This document shows, piece after piece, positions 1 to 8,804 of a DNA stretch of 64,000 bases (position 1 is the first letter of the stretch; each line of letters begins with the position of its first letter). Source of the stretch: an uncultured virus (IMG/VR IMGVR_UViG_3300044613_002297) (lineage: Duplodnaviria; Heunggongvirae; Uroviricota; Caudoviricetes); the IMG/VR virus record IMGVR_UViG_3300044613_002297; one strand, 5' to 3'. The translations under genes and the position numbers were made by a program. The notes beneath the pieces were generated by a model. That model saw nothing but the letters and a program-made list of their open reading frames with translations, ran no database searches and was not told where the DNA came from.

Positions 1-1
1 G

Positions 2-115
2 TTTGCGGGTAGCAAAACAAAGAAGTTCAGTATTTGCGGGGCACTGCTTCCGCCGCCGTGGGCTGCCGGCGTGCTGCGGCATTTGGTGCAACCGTTCATG
101 GAAATGGCGGCATAG
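2..115 (+). CDS. C-terminal end of a cassette-borne ORF, possibly a DNA cytosine methyltransferase (5' truncated by window)
   Basis: Frame 2 reads FAGSKTKKFSICGALLPPPWAAGVLRHLVQPFMEMAA*, resembling the C5-MTase motif IX/X region (F.GskT...iGNavPP). It ends just before the attC at 121. Confidence 0.45.
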   Translation, partial: FAGSKTKKFSICGALLPPPWAAGVLRHLVQPFMEMAA

Positions 116-120
116 GGTCC

Positions 121-176
121 GGCGAACACGCAGGATAAGCGGCGGCTTCGCCGTCCGCTTCATCCGCTGGTTCTAT
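121..176 (-). repeat. attC-like integron cassette recombination site
   Basis: Minus strand: R'' ATAGAAC, 5 bp, L'' GATGAAGC, stem-loop GGACGGC-GAA-GCCGCC, L' GCTTATC, 6 bp, R' GTTCGCC; two extrahelical bases. Confidence 0.88.
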
Positions 177-207
177 TTTTCGAGGAGTAGTTTAGGTGGT
201 GCAGAAC

Positions 208-453
208 ATGAGCGAGAACGCTCAAGGCCCGCGTTCGAGTCGCGGCTCCTCGATTCGGAAGGCAGACCGGCAACGGATGGCACGGTTGGATCGTGGGATT
301 GCTTGGCTTGATGCTCGGCTGGCGAGCGTGCTGGTGTGGTTCGACAAGAAGGAATACGCCAGACTTGACACGAAGAGGGCGAAGATGGATCGGCAGCGGA
401 AAGAACTTCGGCTCCGCATGAAGGGGACGAAGGCGGTCTGGAAGAACAAATAG
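208..453 (+). CDS. Cassette-borne basic hypothetical protein (cassette 127-455)
   Basis: ORF lies between attC and the attI-like site; its TAG stop is inside the ATAGAAC box. Homologue at 50411-50656. Confidence 0.7.
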   Translation: MSENAQGPRSSRGSSIRKADRQRMARLDRGIAWLDARLASVLVWFDKKEYARLDTKRAKMDRQRKELRLRMKGTKAVWKNK

Positions 454-502
454 AACTTGTGTTTCTACAGTCCGTGTATCACGCCGCTTCCGTATATCAC
501 GC
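450..502 (-). promoter_or_regulatory. attI-like site with two direct repeats
   Basis: Minus strand GTAGAAA-CACAA-G|TTCTAT (L box, 5 bp, R box), preceded by 14-bp direct repeats at 471-484 and 489-502. Confidence 0.72.
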
Positions 503-606
503 CCCACTCATACGGGAAACTCAGCGCAAAACGACTGATTGCCAATATGAACTGGAAGCGCCGCCCCTAACTGCAAGGCCACTAGCCTCGCGTGCCATGA
601 TCGGGC

Positions 607-1398
607 ATGCGACTCCTGGCGACTCTCATCGCCGTGTCGGCCCTCGCGGCGTCTGCCGCCACGATTGACGAGTCGAAGGGCGACGGCCGCTACCTCGACT
701 ACGGTGCGACGTTCGCGGGATACGTTGTTCGGGTCGTCGGCAACAACGCCGAAGGCGTGCCGCTCGCCGGGTCTGGCACGCTCATCTCGCCGCACTGGGT
801 GCTCACGGCGGCCCATGTCCCGCACGAGATGACGGCGGTGACCGTTGTCCTCGGCGGCGAGCGTCTCGCGTGCGACCGCGTCGTGCGGCATCCCGAGTGG
901 GAGGGCATCCACGGGTGGCACGACATCGCCCTGGTGCGGCTCGGACAGCACCGGCACGCAGACGTGTACCCACGGCTCGCTGACGGCACCGAGCGGCTCG
1001 GGAGCGTCGCCGCCGCCGCTGGGTACGGGATGACAGGCACGCTCACACGCGGGCTCACGGGCGGCGATCAGCGGCTGCGGGCGGGGACGTGCGTCCTCGG
1101 GTCGATCGAGCACGGCGTCTACGTATGCCCGATTCAAAGGACGCCCGACGCTGGACCGCTCCCGTCGTGCATCGCGCCGGGCGACTCGGGCGGCCCGCTC
1201 TGGGCAACGGCGATCGACGGCAGCACGCGGCTTGTGGGCGTGAACTCCTACGTCGCCCGCATCGGCGGGAAGACGAAGTACGTCCTCGGCGAGGAGTCAG
1301 GTCACACCCGCGTGGTGCTCTACCTCGATTGGATCCGGAGCGTGGTCAGCGAACTTGACGAGCCATGCACGATGCCGGAATGCCAACCGCCACGCTGA
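607..1398 (+). CDS. Secreted trypsin-like serine protease
   Basis: Signal peptide; WVLTAAH, HDIAL and GDSGGP catalytic motifs. Confidence 0.92.
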   Translation: MRLLATLIAVSALAASAATIDESKGDGRYLDYGATFAGYVVRVVGNNAEGVPLAGSGTLISPHWVLTAAHVPHEMTAVTVVLGGERLACDRVVRHPEWEGIHGWHDIALVRLGQHRHADVYPRLADGTERLGSVAAAAGYGMTGTLTRGLTGGDQRLRAGTCVLGSIEHGVYVCPIQRTPDAGPLPSCIAPGDSGGPLWATAIDGSTRLVGVNSYVARIGGKTKYVLGEESGHTRVVLYLDWIRSVVSELDEPCTMPECQPPR

Positions 1399-1601
1399 GA
1401 TTCCGCCTGCCCGAGGACGAGGGCGATTTCCGCGACTGCGTCGAGGGATCGCGGGCGAAGTCGATCGTCATCCTGCTCGACGACCACCTCGCGACCGAGA
1501 TCAAGGGCGGCGAGCTCGGCCACGATGTCGAGGTGGCGTACCAGGAGCTCCGCGAGTGGCTGCGGAGTCAGTGTGCGGAGCACGGGCTCGATCTGCTGTG
1601 A
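1380..1601 (+). CDS. Phage hypothetical protein
   Basis: ORF conserved in copy 2 (51518-51739); overlaps neighbouring genes. Confidence 0.7.
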   Translation: MPTATLRFRLPEDEGDFRDCVEGSRAKSIVILLDDHLATEIKGGELGHDVEVAYQELREWLRSQCAEHGLDLL

Positions 1602-1996
1602 CCATCACGCTCTCCATCCCCGGCGATCCGGTGCCGCAACCGCGCCCGCGAGTGTCAACGCAGGGCGGGTTCGCTCGCGCGTACGTACCGAAGAGCCATC
1701 CAGTTCACGCCTACCGACAGGCGATCGCATTAGCGGCAAGCGTCGCCGGGCTCCGCGAGCAGGCGCGTCCCGTCAGCGTTGTGATCGACGCCGTGTTCGC
1801 ACGACCCAAGTCGCACCTCACGAAGTCAGGCGTGAAGGCAACCGCACCGGCACTGCCGCGACCCGACGTGGACAACCTCGGGAAGGCGGTGCTCGACGCG
1901 CTGCAGGACGTGATGGGCGATGACACGAACGTGGCTCGTCTCGTCGTCGAGAAATCGTGGGGCACCGAAGGTCGCACGACGGTGCGGATCACATGA
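1598..1996 (+). CDS. rusA: RusA-family Holliday junction resolvase
   Basis: PGDPVPQPRPR N-terminus and RPDVDNLGKAVLDAL...DD motif. Confidence 0.88.
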   Translation: MTITLSIPGDPVPQPRPRVSTQGGFARAYVPKSHPVHAYRQAIALAASVAGLREQARPVSVVIDAVFARPKSHLTKSGVKATAPALPRPDVDNLGKAVLDALQDVMGDDTNVARLVVEKSWGTEGRTTVRIT

Positions 1997-2589
1997 ACGT
2001 CGCGATCTTCACGAGCGCGGGTGTCGGCACGCCGTGGGCAGAGCTCACGGTGGCGAACCGTCTCGCGTACTGCGTGCGGCACGACTACACGATGGTGTGG
2101 CGGTGCGAGGCGTACTCGCAGGCGTTGTCGAACTTCTGGCGGATCGGGCAACTGCTCGAACACCATGACCTCGTGTGGACGCTGGACGCCGACTGCGTGA
2201 TCACGAACCTGACGACCCGGATCGAGGACGTGCCCGATCTCGGACCGCACATGACGATCTGCGAGGAGGGTATCGGCGCTCACGCCCTGGTGAACGGCGG
2301 GTCGATCGTGTGGCGTGCAACTCAAGGCACGCTGTCGCTGCTCGCCGACATCGTCGCCGCAGAGGACGAGTGGCGCTCGATGGAGTGGAACGTCCAGCAG
2401 TGGCTGATGAAGCACCGCGAGCGGCTGGCGGATCGCATGACGATCGCGCCGAAGCGGACGTTCAACTCTGTGCATCTCGGACAGACGAACCACTGGCAGC
2501 ACGGCGACTTCGTGTACCACCCGTGCGGCAATCCGCCCGACATCCGATGCGAGTCGATCCGCGAGCACCTGGGGCGGGTGATCACATGA
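1993..2589 (+). CDS. GT-A glycosyltransferase (GMA12/MNN10-like)
   Basis: YC.RHDY, WTLDAD (DxD), N.GS and GDFVYH motifs. Confidence 0.75.
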   Translation: MNVAIFTSAGVGTPWAELTVANRLAYCVRHDYTMVWRCEAYSQALSNFWRIGQLLEHHDLVWTLDADCVITNLTTRIEDVPDLGPHMTICEEGIGAHALVNGGSIVWRATQGTLSLLADIVAAEDEWRSMEWNVQQWLMKHRERLADRMTIAPKRTFNSVHLGQTNHWQHGDFVYHPCGNPPDIRCESIREHLGRVIT

Positions 2590-3155
2590 GCTACCAGTTC
2601 ACCCACGATTGGTTCTCGACGCGCACGAGCTCGTGGCGGGATCACGTGCTGCCACGCCTGCCGCACCCGTGCCGCTGGCTTGAGATCGGCTCTCACGAGG
2701 GTCGCTCGGCGTGCTGGATGCTCGATGAGGCATTTCAACCCGGCGACGTGATCACGTGCGTCGATACGTGGGGCGGTCCGTTCGACGGGTTCTCGGCAGA
2801 CAATCCCGAGGCGCGGTTCGACGCCAACCTCGCCGGACGTGCCGAGAAGTTCAAGGGTCGCTCGCACGTATTCCTCGCCCGTGCTCTCGCCGAGCATCGG
2901 ATGTTCGACGGCGTCTACATCGACGGCGGGCACGAAGGCCGCACGGTCCTCGAAGACACAGTCCTCGCGTGGCGTCTGCTCAAGGTCGGCGCTGTCATCG
3001 TCTGGGACGACTACGAATGGCGTGACCCGCATCCGCACCGGCAGCACCTGCCGACGCCGAAGCCTGCGATCGATGCGTTCCTCGCGCTCTACGGTCAATA
3101 CCTCGACGTGCTGCACCGTGAGTGGCAAGTCATCGCCGTGAAGCGAGGCGAGTAA
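2586..3155 (+). CDS. Class I SAM-dependent methyltransferase (Methyltransf_24-like)
   Basis: LEIGSHEGRS, VDTW, YIDGGH and WDDY motifs. Confidence 0.88.
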   Translation: MSYQFTHDWFSTRTSSWRDHVLPRLPHPCRWLEIGSHEGRSACWMLDEAFQPGDVITCVDTWGGPFDGFSADNPEARFDANLAGRAEKFKGRSHVFLARALAEHRMFDGVYIDGGHEGRTVLEDTVLAWRLLKVGAVIVWDDYEWRDPHPHRQHLPTPKPAIDAFLALYGQYLDVLHREWQVIAVKRGE

Positions 3156-3761
3156 ATGGACATCTACGCGATCACGACGAGCGTCAACTACGCGGACTAC
3201 CTGGCGATTTGCCTCAACTGCCTCGCCGGTCAGGTCACGGGCGTCTGCGTTGTCACGGAGACGAACGACGCGAGCATCGCTGTCGCCGAGAAAGCCGAGG
3301 CGACTGCGCTGATCTATGACGGGTGGCACGCCGACGATGCTGCGTTCAACAAATCCGGTGCGATCCGGTTCGCTCAAGAGCACCTGCACGCCGCGTACCC
3401 GGAGGCGTGGTACTTACTGATCGACGCCGACGTGATGGTGCCGACGAACGCACGCGAGATCATCGAGCAGGACGCGACGAATCCCGAGACGCTCTACGGG
3501 GCGAGGCGGGTCGATTTCCACACGCCCGAGCGGCTCATGGACGGCAAGCCGAACAAGGCATACGCCTCGATGTTCGCCGGGTTTTTTCAGTTGTACCGGC
3601 GGCACGTGCTCTACCCCGAGTGGTCACGCACGGCCGAGCTCTGCGACCTGTCGTTCGCCAAGCAGTTCGCCTCGTGCGTCGTGCTGCCCATGACCGTCGG
3701 TCACTGCGGCGTTGAGGCGGTCAACTGGGAGGGGCGGCGCTCGCCGCTCTGGAAATGCTGA
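3156..3761 (+). CDS. GT-A fold glycosyltransferase
   Basis: TSVNYADYL, FNKSGA, LIDADV and GFFQLY motifs. Confidence 0.75.
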   Translation: MDIYAITTSVNYADYLAICLNCLAGQVTGVCVVTETNDASIAVAEKAEATALIYDGWHADDAAFNKSGAIRFAQEHLHAAYPEAWYLLIDADVMVPTNAREIIEQDATNPETLYGARRVDFHTPERLMDGKPNKAYASMFAGFFQLYRRHVLYPEWSRTAELCDLSFAKQFASCVVLPMTVGHCGVEAVNWEGRRSPLWKC

Positions 3762-4528
3762 CGCTCTTCACGCTCGTGCTCAACGGCGAGCCGTACATCG
3801 AGCAGCACCTCGCGACGTTTCGCCAACTGTCGATCCCGTGGCAGTGGCGGATCGTCGAAGGCGTGGCAGCGCCGACGCACTGCACGGCGTGGTGCCAGAC
3901 GATGCCGGATCGCTGGCACCGGGACTTCGTCAGCGTGGACGGCACGCACGAGTACGTGCGGTCAGTGAACAACACACCACACGTCACCTGCTCGTGGCGG
4001 CACTCACCGTGGGACGGAAAGATCGCGATGATCGCCCGCGCCCTCGAAGGCGTCGAAGGCGGCGTCGTCATGCAGGTGGACAGCGACGAGCTCTGGCAGG
4101 CGTGGCAACTGGAGCGGATCTACTGGCTGATGCTCCAGCAACCGGTGGCGACGGCCGCACGGTTCGCGTGCCGCTACTGGGTCGGGCCGTCGAAGCTCCT
4201 GACCTCGACGAGCGGCTGGGCTCGCGGCGACCTCGAATGGCTGCGGGCGTGGCGCTGGGGGCCGGGCATGAGGTTCCTCCGGCACGAGCCGCCGATCGTC
4301 ACGGGGTTTGACCGGTGCGTCACGATCGAATCAACGCAGGCTGCCGGGCTCGTGTTCGATCACTTCGCGTACACGACCGAGCAGCAGATCGCGATGAAGC
4401 AGGACTACTACGGGTACACGGGTTTGATCGAGGCGTGGCATCGGCTCCAGGCGACGAGCGGGCCGGTGAACTTGCAGGAATACTTTCCGTTCGCGATCGG
4501 GGCGACGGCGGATGACGTGGGGATATGA
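3755..4528 (+). CDS. GT2-like glycosyltransferase
   Basis: VLNGEPYI, WRIVEG, SVDGT and QVDSDE motifs. Confidence 0.75.
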   Translation: MLTLFTLVLNGEPYIEQHLATFRQLSIPWQWRIVEGVAAPTHCTAWCQTMPDRWHRDFVSVDGTHEYVRSVNNTPHVTCSWRHSPWDGKIAMIARALEGVEGGVVMQVDSDELWQAWQLERIYWLMLQQPVATAARFACRYWVGPSKLLTSTSGWARGDLEWLRAWRWGPGMRFLRHEPPIVTGFDRCVTIESTQAAGLVFDHFAYTTEQQIAMKQDYYGYTGLIEAWHRLQATSGPVNLQEYFPFAIGATADDVGI

Positions 4529-4809
4529 GTCAAGAAAAACTGCTCGGCCGCAGGGTGTGTTTGGACTTAGACACGCGGTGCACGCATCGTGCCAATTCGG
4601 TGCTTCCGGGTGTTGTGGTGGCAGTCTCTCAACTGCGTCGAGCCGACGGGTTGCAGGTCTGGAGAGGCAAGCATCCCAGCGTTGAGCTGCGCGTGAGGCT
4701 TGACGATGGACGCGAATACGAAGCAACCGACTGTGACATCTTCGGTTTTGTCACCGAAGACGGTCGCATTGCCTGCCGCACGTTCGACGGTAAACGCAGG
4801 GAAGGCTAA
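4525..4809 (+). CDS. Hypothetical protein at a variable locus
   Basis: Lower-GC ORF; replaced by an unrelated ORF in copy 2. Confidence 0.55.
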   Translation: MSQEKLLGRRVCLDLDTRCTHRANSVLPGVVVAVSQLRRADGLQVWRGKHPSVELRVRLDDGREYEATDCDIFGFVTEDGRIACRTFDGKRREG

Positions 4810-5670
4810 GTGACGACCTTCACCATCACAGCCGCCGACATCGAGGCTCACCGCCCCGACGTTCTGCTCCCGCCCGACGAGGAGTTCGCGGAGCAGTACG
4901 CTTCGGCCGTGCGTGTCGGTCGAGAGATCGCCGCCGATCGCACGGTCGCCTTGGTCGCCATCGCTCGCAATGCGACGCCTTGGCTCCCGCAGACGCTCGG
5001 GCTCGTCGAGGAGACGGGCGCGATGTTCCGCTCGTGGTCGGCGTTCATCTTCGAGAACGACTCGGAAGACGAGACAAAGGACGTGCTCGCGGCATGGGCC
5101 GACGGCACGCAGCGGCAGGTGTCGCTGAACGTCAACCACCGGCCGCACCTCTCGCACACGATTGCAACGGAGCGGACGATCGCGCTCGCGGAGTACCGCA
5201 CGCAGTGCCAGTGGTGGGTGAGGCAAGGCGAGCCGTGCGACTACGTGATCGTGTTCGACTCCGATGCCTGGGGCGGGTGGAGCGTGGACGGCGTGGCGAC
5301 GAGCGTGGCACATATCGAGGCGGCTCGCGGGGCGTCTTGCATGGCGAGCTACTCGTGGGCCGAACACAACGGGCACGCGATCCAGTACGACGCATTCGCG
5401 GCACGCCAGAATCACTGGAGGCGTCGCGACCAGACGTGGTTTCATCACTGGCACCCGCCTGTCGGCTCGCTGCCGCTGCGTTTCAACAGCGCCTTCGGAC
5501 AACTGGCGCTCTACAGGAGTGACGCCTACCTCGCCATGCGGTACAGCGGCGAGGACTGCGAGCACGTGTGTGCTCATCGCACGATGCCGGGGCGGTTGTA
5601 TCTCAACCCGTCGAGCCGGTGCGTCTCCTACTGGACACCACGCGATGCCGGGCAACACGGCGACAATTGA
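4810..5670 (+). CDS. Glycosyltransferase-like protein
   Basis: IARN, FENDSEDET, VFDSD, NSAFG.LALY and DCEHV motifs typical of GT-A enzymes. Confidence 0.72.
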   Translation: MTTFTITAADIEAHRPDVLLPPDEEFAEQYASAVRVGREIAADRTVALVAIARNATPWLPQTLGLVEETGAMFRSWSAFIFENDSEDETKDVLAAWADGTQRQVSLNVNHRPHLSHTIATERTIALAEYRTQCQWWVRQGEPCDYVIVFDSDAWGGWSVDGVATSVAHIEAARGASCMASYSWAEHNGHAIQYDAFAARQNHWRRRDQTWFHHWHPPVGSLPLRFNSAFGQLALYRSDAYLAMRYSGEDCEHVCAHRTMPGRLYLNPSSRCVSYWTPRDAGQHGDN

Positions 5671-6040
5671 CGCCGCGATCCTCCGCGTGCAGTGGGAATC
5701 GCAGATGCCGATGGCGGAAATCTGCACGCACTGGACGATCGCGAAAGATCAATTGATACGCCTGCGTGACGTATGGCATCTGCCGAAACGTCACGACCGA
5801 TCGCTCCGCTACAAGCCTCCACGCGATCCCGGCCCCGACGACGAGGAAGAACGGGCCAGCCGCGAGAGCCTGTCGCTGGCCCCGCAGATCGCCGCCCGTG
5901 CGACGTGCGTGCAGGCGATGTGGACCGAGCAGCAACGCCTCGATCGCACGATGGCGACGACGCCGAGCGAGGGGATGCTGCGGTGGATCAAAGCGAAGGA
6001 CATCGTCCAGAGGTTCGTCGGAGACGAACTGCAAGGCTAG
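5645..6040 (+). CDS. HTH-like phage protein
   Basis: ORF conserved in copy 2; similar architecture to 49235-49579. Confidence 0.6.
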   Translation: MPGNTATIDAAILRVQWESQMPMAEICTHWTIAKDQLIRLRDVWHLPKRHDRSLRYKPPRDPGPDDEEERASRESLSLAPQIAARATCVQAMWTEQQRLDRTMATTPSEGMLRWIKAKDIVQRFVGDELQG

Positions 6041-6084
6041 GGGGGCGCGGTGGCAGACTCGGGGAATCCCCCGGAGATCGTGCT

Positions 6085-6390
6085 ATGGACGCCCGCGAGC
6101 TCGGTGCCACGCCCGACGAGATCACGCAGTACGGCGCGACGCTGTCGTTCTGGGATGCGCTTCGCCTGCTCCAGAAGTATTCGCCGGTCGTGAACTACGC
6201 CCGTGCGTTCGTGAGCGAGATCGACCCGTACAAGAAGGGCTTGGTCGTCGCCGATGCGTGCGAGTGGATCGCCCAGCAGACCGACGCGCGGCTCGACGAC
6301 GAGCTCGTGCGGCACGTTGCGGCGGTGCTGAAGACCGCCGAGGGCGAGGCGCTGGTCCGGTTCTGCCTCTTCCAGGTCGGGGTGAAGTGA
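6085..6390 (+). CDS. Phage hypothetical protein
   Basis: GGAG RBS; identical protein in copy 2. Confidence 0.7.
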   Translation: MDARELGATPDEITQYGATLSFWDALRLLQKYSPVVNYARAFVSEIDPYKKGLVVADACEWIAQQTDARLDDELVRHVAAVLKTAEGEALVRFCLFQVGVK

Positions 6391-6391
6391 G

Positions 6392-6994
6392 ATGACGACC
6401 GATGCACTCCTACGCATCATCGCCGTCGCTGCTGCGGTTGCTCTGCTCGCTGCGCCGTACGCAGGGTACATCCGCGCTGCGGCCACCGCAGCCGCCGAAG
6501 CCGTCAGGCAGCACAGCGGCTACCTGACGCGGGTCGCTGCGGCTGGGCTGCTCATCGCCGCCGCGTGGGGCAAGGTGCCGGTCCCGACGCTGCCGACGCC
6601 CGAGGCCCAGGTCGTGATCGAGGTCGAGGAGCCCACGCCGGAACTACGGCGGCTCGTCGCACCCGTCAGGACCGCCCTCGCGTCGGCGTCGATGCGTGAC
6701 CGTGCGACATGGGCCGAGACGTGGCTGAAGTCCGGCGTCGTCGTCGCGGCCGACAACGTCCACTCGACGCCCGTGCTCGCGGACGTACGGGCGCTGCGTG
6801 CGTTTCAGGTCATCGCTCTCGACGTGGCGTGGCGTCGCATTGCTGGCGTCGCGCCCGGCAAGTATCCGGGGCTCAAGGACGGCGTCGAGGCGGCGTTCGC
6901 CGATGTGCTCGGGCTTGATGACGTGGCGGTCGATGCGTCGCTGCGTGAGCGGTACGTGGCTCTCGTGCGTGCTCTGGCGTGGGCTGCGAGGTGA
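6392..6994 (+). CDS. Membrane-anchored protein
   Basis: Two N-terminal hydrophobic segments; conserved in copy 2. Confidence 0.7.
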   Translation: MTTDALLRIIAVAAAVALLAAPYAGYIRAAATAAAEAVRQHSGYLTRVAAAGLLIAAAWGKVPVPTLPTPEAQVVIEVEEPTPELRRLVAPVRTALASASMRDRATWAETWLKSGVVVAADNVHSTPVLADVRALRAFQVIALDVAWRRIAGVAPGKYPGLKDGVEAAFADVLGLDDVAVDASLRERYVALVRALAWAAR

Positions 6995-6997
6995 CCC

Positions 6998-7930
6998 GTG
7001 GCACTCGACGCTCACGCCTTCGGCTACGATCCCGATCCGACTGGTGCCGAGGCGTTTGCCTCGACGCTGCCGCGTCCGACGCTCGCCCAGGCGGGGCCAG
7101 ACCTCGTCGCTGACGGCAAGACTGAGACGCACCTCTGGCACGCCCTGCTCCAGTGCTCACCCGGTTGGAAGCGCGGCTCGCAGGGAATGGTGGGCTCATG
7201 CGTCGGCTGGGGCGCGAGCCTCGCGGTGGATCTCACGAGCGCGTGCGACATCGTCTACCGACGCGAGCCCGAGGTCTGGCGTGGCCGCACGATTGAAAGT
7301 TCTCTGTACGGGTTCTCTCGCGTCGAGGCTCGCGGCAAAACCGTGAACAACGGCGGCGACGGCTCCACGGGATTCCACGCTGCGAAGGCAATCCGCGAGC
7401 TCGGGTGCCTGCACTACGGCGTCGAGTACGGCTCGGTCGTCATCGCCGAGAGCGGCAAGGCAGAACGCGATCGCTCGTGGGGCCGCAACGGCGTGCCGAA
7501 TGAGCTCGAGCCGTACGCGAAGGAGCGGCGGTGCAGCGAGGTCACGCTCGCCGTGGACTTCGAGCAGGCGGCTGCGGCGATCCAGAACGGCTACCCCGTC
7601 GTCGTGTGCAGCGGGCAAGGATTCTCGATGAGCCGCGACGCTGACGGTTTCTGCAAGCCGGGCGGGACGTGGTGGCACTGTATGTGCCTGGCTGCGGTGA
7701 GGTGGGGCAAGCGTCCGGGTTTGCTGTGCCTCAACTCGTGGGGCGACTCGAACACGACCGGCAAGCACTACCCCGAGACGATGCCGACAGCGGTGCGGAA
7801 TTGCTCATTCTGGATCGATGCCGAGGTCTGCACCCGGATGCTTTCGGGCCGCGACTCCTACGTCTATGCCGGGTACAGCGGGTTCAAGAGAACGCAGATC
7901 CCCAACTGGACCGGAGACATCCTCGGATGA
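6998..7930 (+). CDS. Papain-like (C1) cysteine protease
   Basis: Q...GSCVGWG catalytic Cys, WWHCM His and LNSWG Asn motifs. Confidence 0.88.
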   Translation: MALDAHAFGYDPDPTGAEAFASTLPRPTLAQAGPDLVADGKTETHLWHALLQCSPGWKRGSQGMVGSCVGWGASLAVDLTSACDIVYRREPEVWRGRTIESSLYGFSRVEARGKTVNNGGDGSTGFHAAKAIRELGCLHYGVEYGSVVIAESGKAERDRSWGRNGVPNELEPYAKERRCSEVTLAVDFEQAAAAIQNGYPVVVCSGQGFSMSRDADGFCKPGGTWWHCMCLAAVRWGKRPGLLCLNSWGDSNTTGKHYPETMPTAVRNCSFWIDAEVCTRMLSGRDSYVYAGYSGFKRTQIPNWTGDILG

Positions 7931-8181
7931 GATGGCTCGTCGCGTTCACGATCGTGCTTGTGGGATGCGTGGCGTCACTGCCGCGTGACGATGCCGCGAT
8001 CACTGCGGACCTTGCGGCCGAGACGGCACGCGAGGTGATTCGCCTGCGTCACGAGGTCGCGCCGACGCCGGTGCCGCCAGCGCCGGGCGGCAAGTGCCAG
8101 AACTGCGACGGGCGCGGGTACGTCGGTGACGGGAGGGTTCGCGTCCCGTGTCAGCCGTGCGGTGGAGACGGAGTTCTATGA
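7927..8181 (+). CDS. Small lipoprotein with CxxCxGxG zinc finger
   Basis: Lipobox LVGC; CQNCDGRG...CQPCGGDG. Confidence 0.7.
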   Translation: MRWLVAFTIVLVGCVASLPRDDAAITADLAAETAREVIRLRHEVAPTPVPPAPGGKCQNCDGRGYVGDGRVRVPCQPCGGDGVL

Positions 8182-8537
8182 CCCGCGATGAACTGTACGA
8201 ACACGTCTGGAAGCGACTCCCCATGCGAAAATACATGGTGGGCCGCGAGACCGTCCATGACCTGACGACGCTGGCGATTGAGAACTGGGAGGGCGAGTAC
8301 CTCGGCCACGCCGAGAGCGAGGAGGGTCGCGACATCGTGGCGATGTCGATCGCCGGGAAGGTGAAGCGAGCCCACCAGTGGCAGTCGGGCCGCGAACCGC
8401 AGGAGTACGGGTTCTTCTGGACGCTGATGCTGGGCGCGATCGTCAACGCGATCGTCCAAATCATCGTGAAGTGGTGGCTCGAACGTCAGGTCAATCGCGT
8501 TCTCATGGCGGCGTGGCAACAGGAGTTGACTCGATGA
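8178..8537 (+). CDS. Membrane protein
   Basis: C-terminal transmembrane segment; conserved in copy 2. Confidence 0.65.
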   Translation: MTRDELYEHVWKRLPMRKYMVGRETVHDLTTLAIENWEGEYLGHAESEEGRDIVAMSIAGKVKRAHQWQSGREPQEYGFFWTLMLGAIVNAIVQIIVKWWLERQVNRVLMAAWQQELTR

Positions 8538-8803
8538 CGCGAGAGGAAGTCACGACGAGCCTGCACTCGATCATGGAGCGATGGGGCTTCCCCGTGCTCG
8601 TGGCCGTGGCGGTTGGATACGTCATGCGTCAGGACGTGCTGCTTCCGCTCGTCGAGGCTCACCGGCAGTTCCTCACGCAACTCGGCGAGACGCAGCGGGA
8701 GATCGCCTCGGCGGTGCAGGAGCAGACCCGCCTGCTCTACGCGCTCCAGCCGGGCGCACGCGAGACGCAGTACAAGGTTTCTGCCCCGGTGCAGGAGAAG
8801 TGA
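8534..8803 (+). CDS. Holin-like membrane protein
   Basis: Single TM (WGFPVLVAVAVGYV) followed by a coiled coil. Confidence 0.5.
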   Translation: MTREEVTTSLHSIMERWGFPVLVAVAVGYVMRQDVLLPLVEAHRQFLTQLGETQREIASAVQEQTRLLYALQPGARETQYKVSAPVQEK

Positions 8804-8804
8804 C

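Noticed and set aside
121..176. Simple terminator or REP hairpin
   Set aside because: This does not explain the R/L box spacing, the extrahelical bases or the cross-cassette complementarity of the ends.
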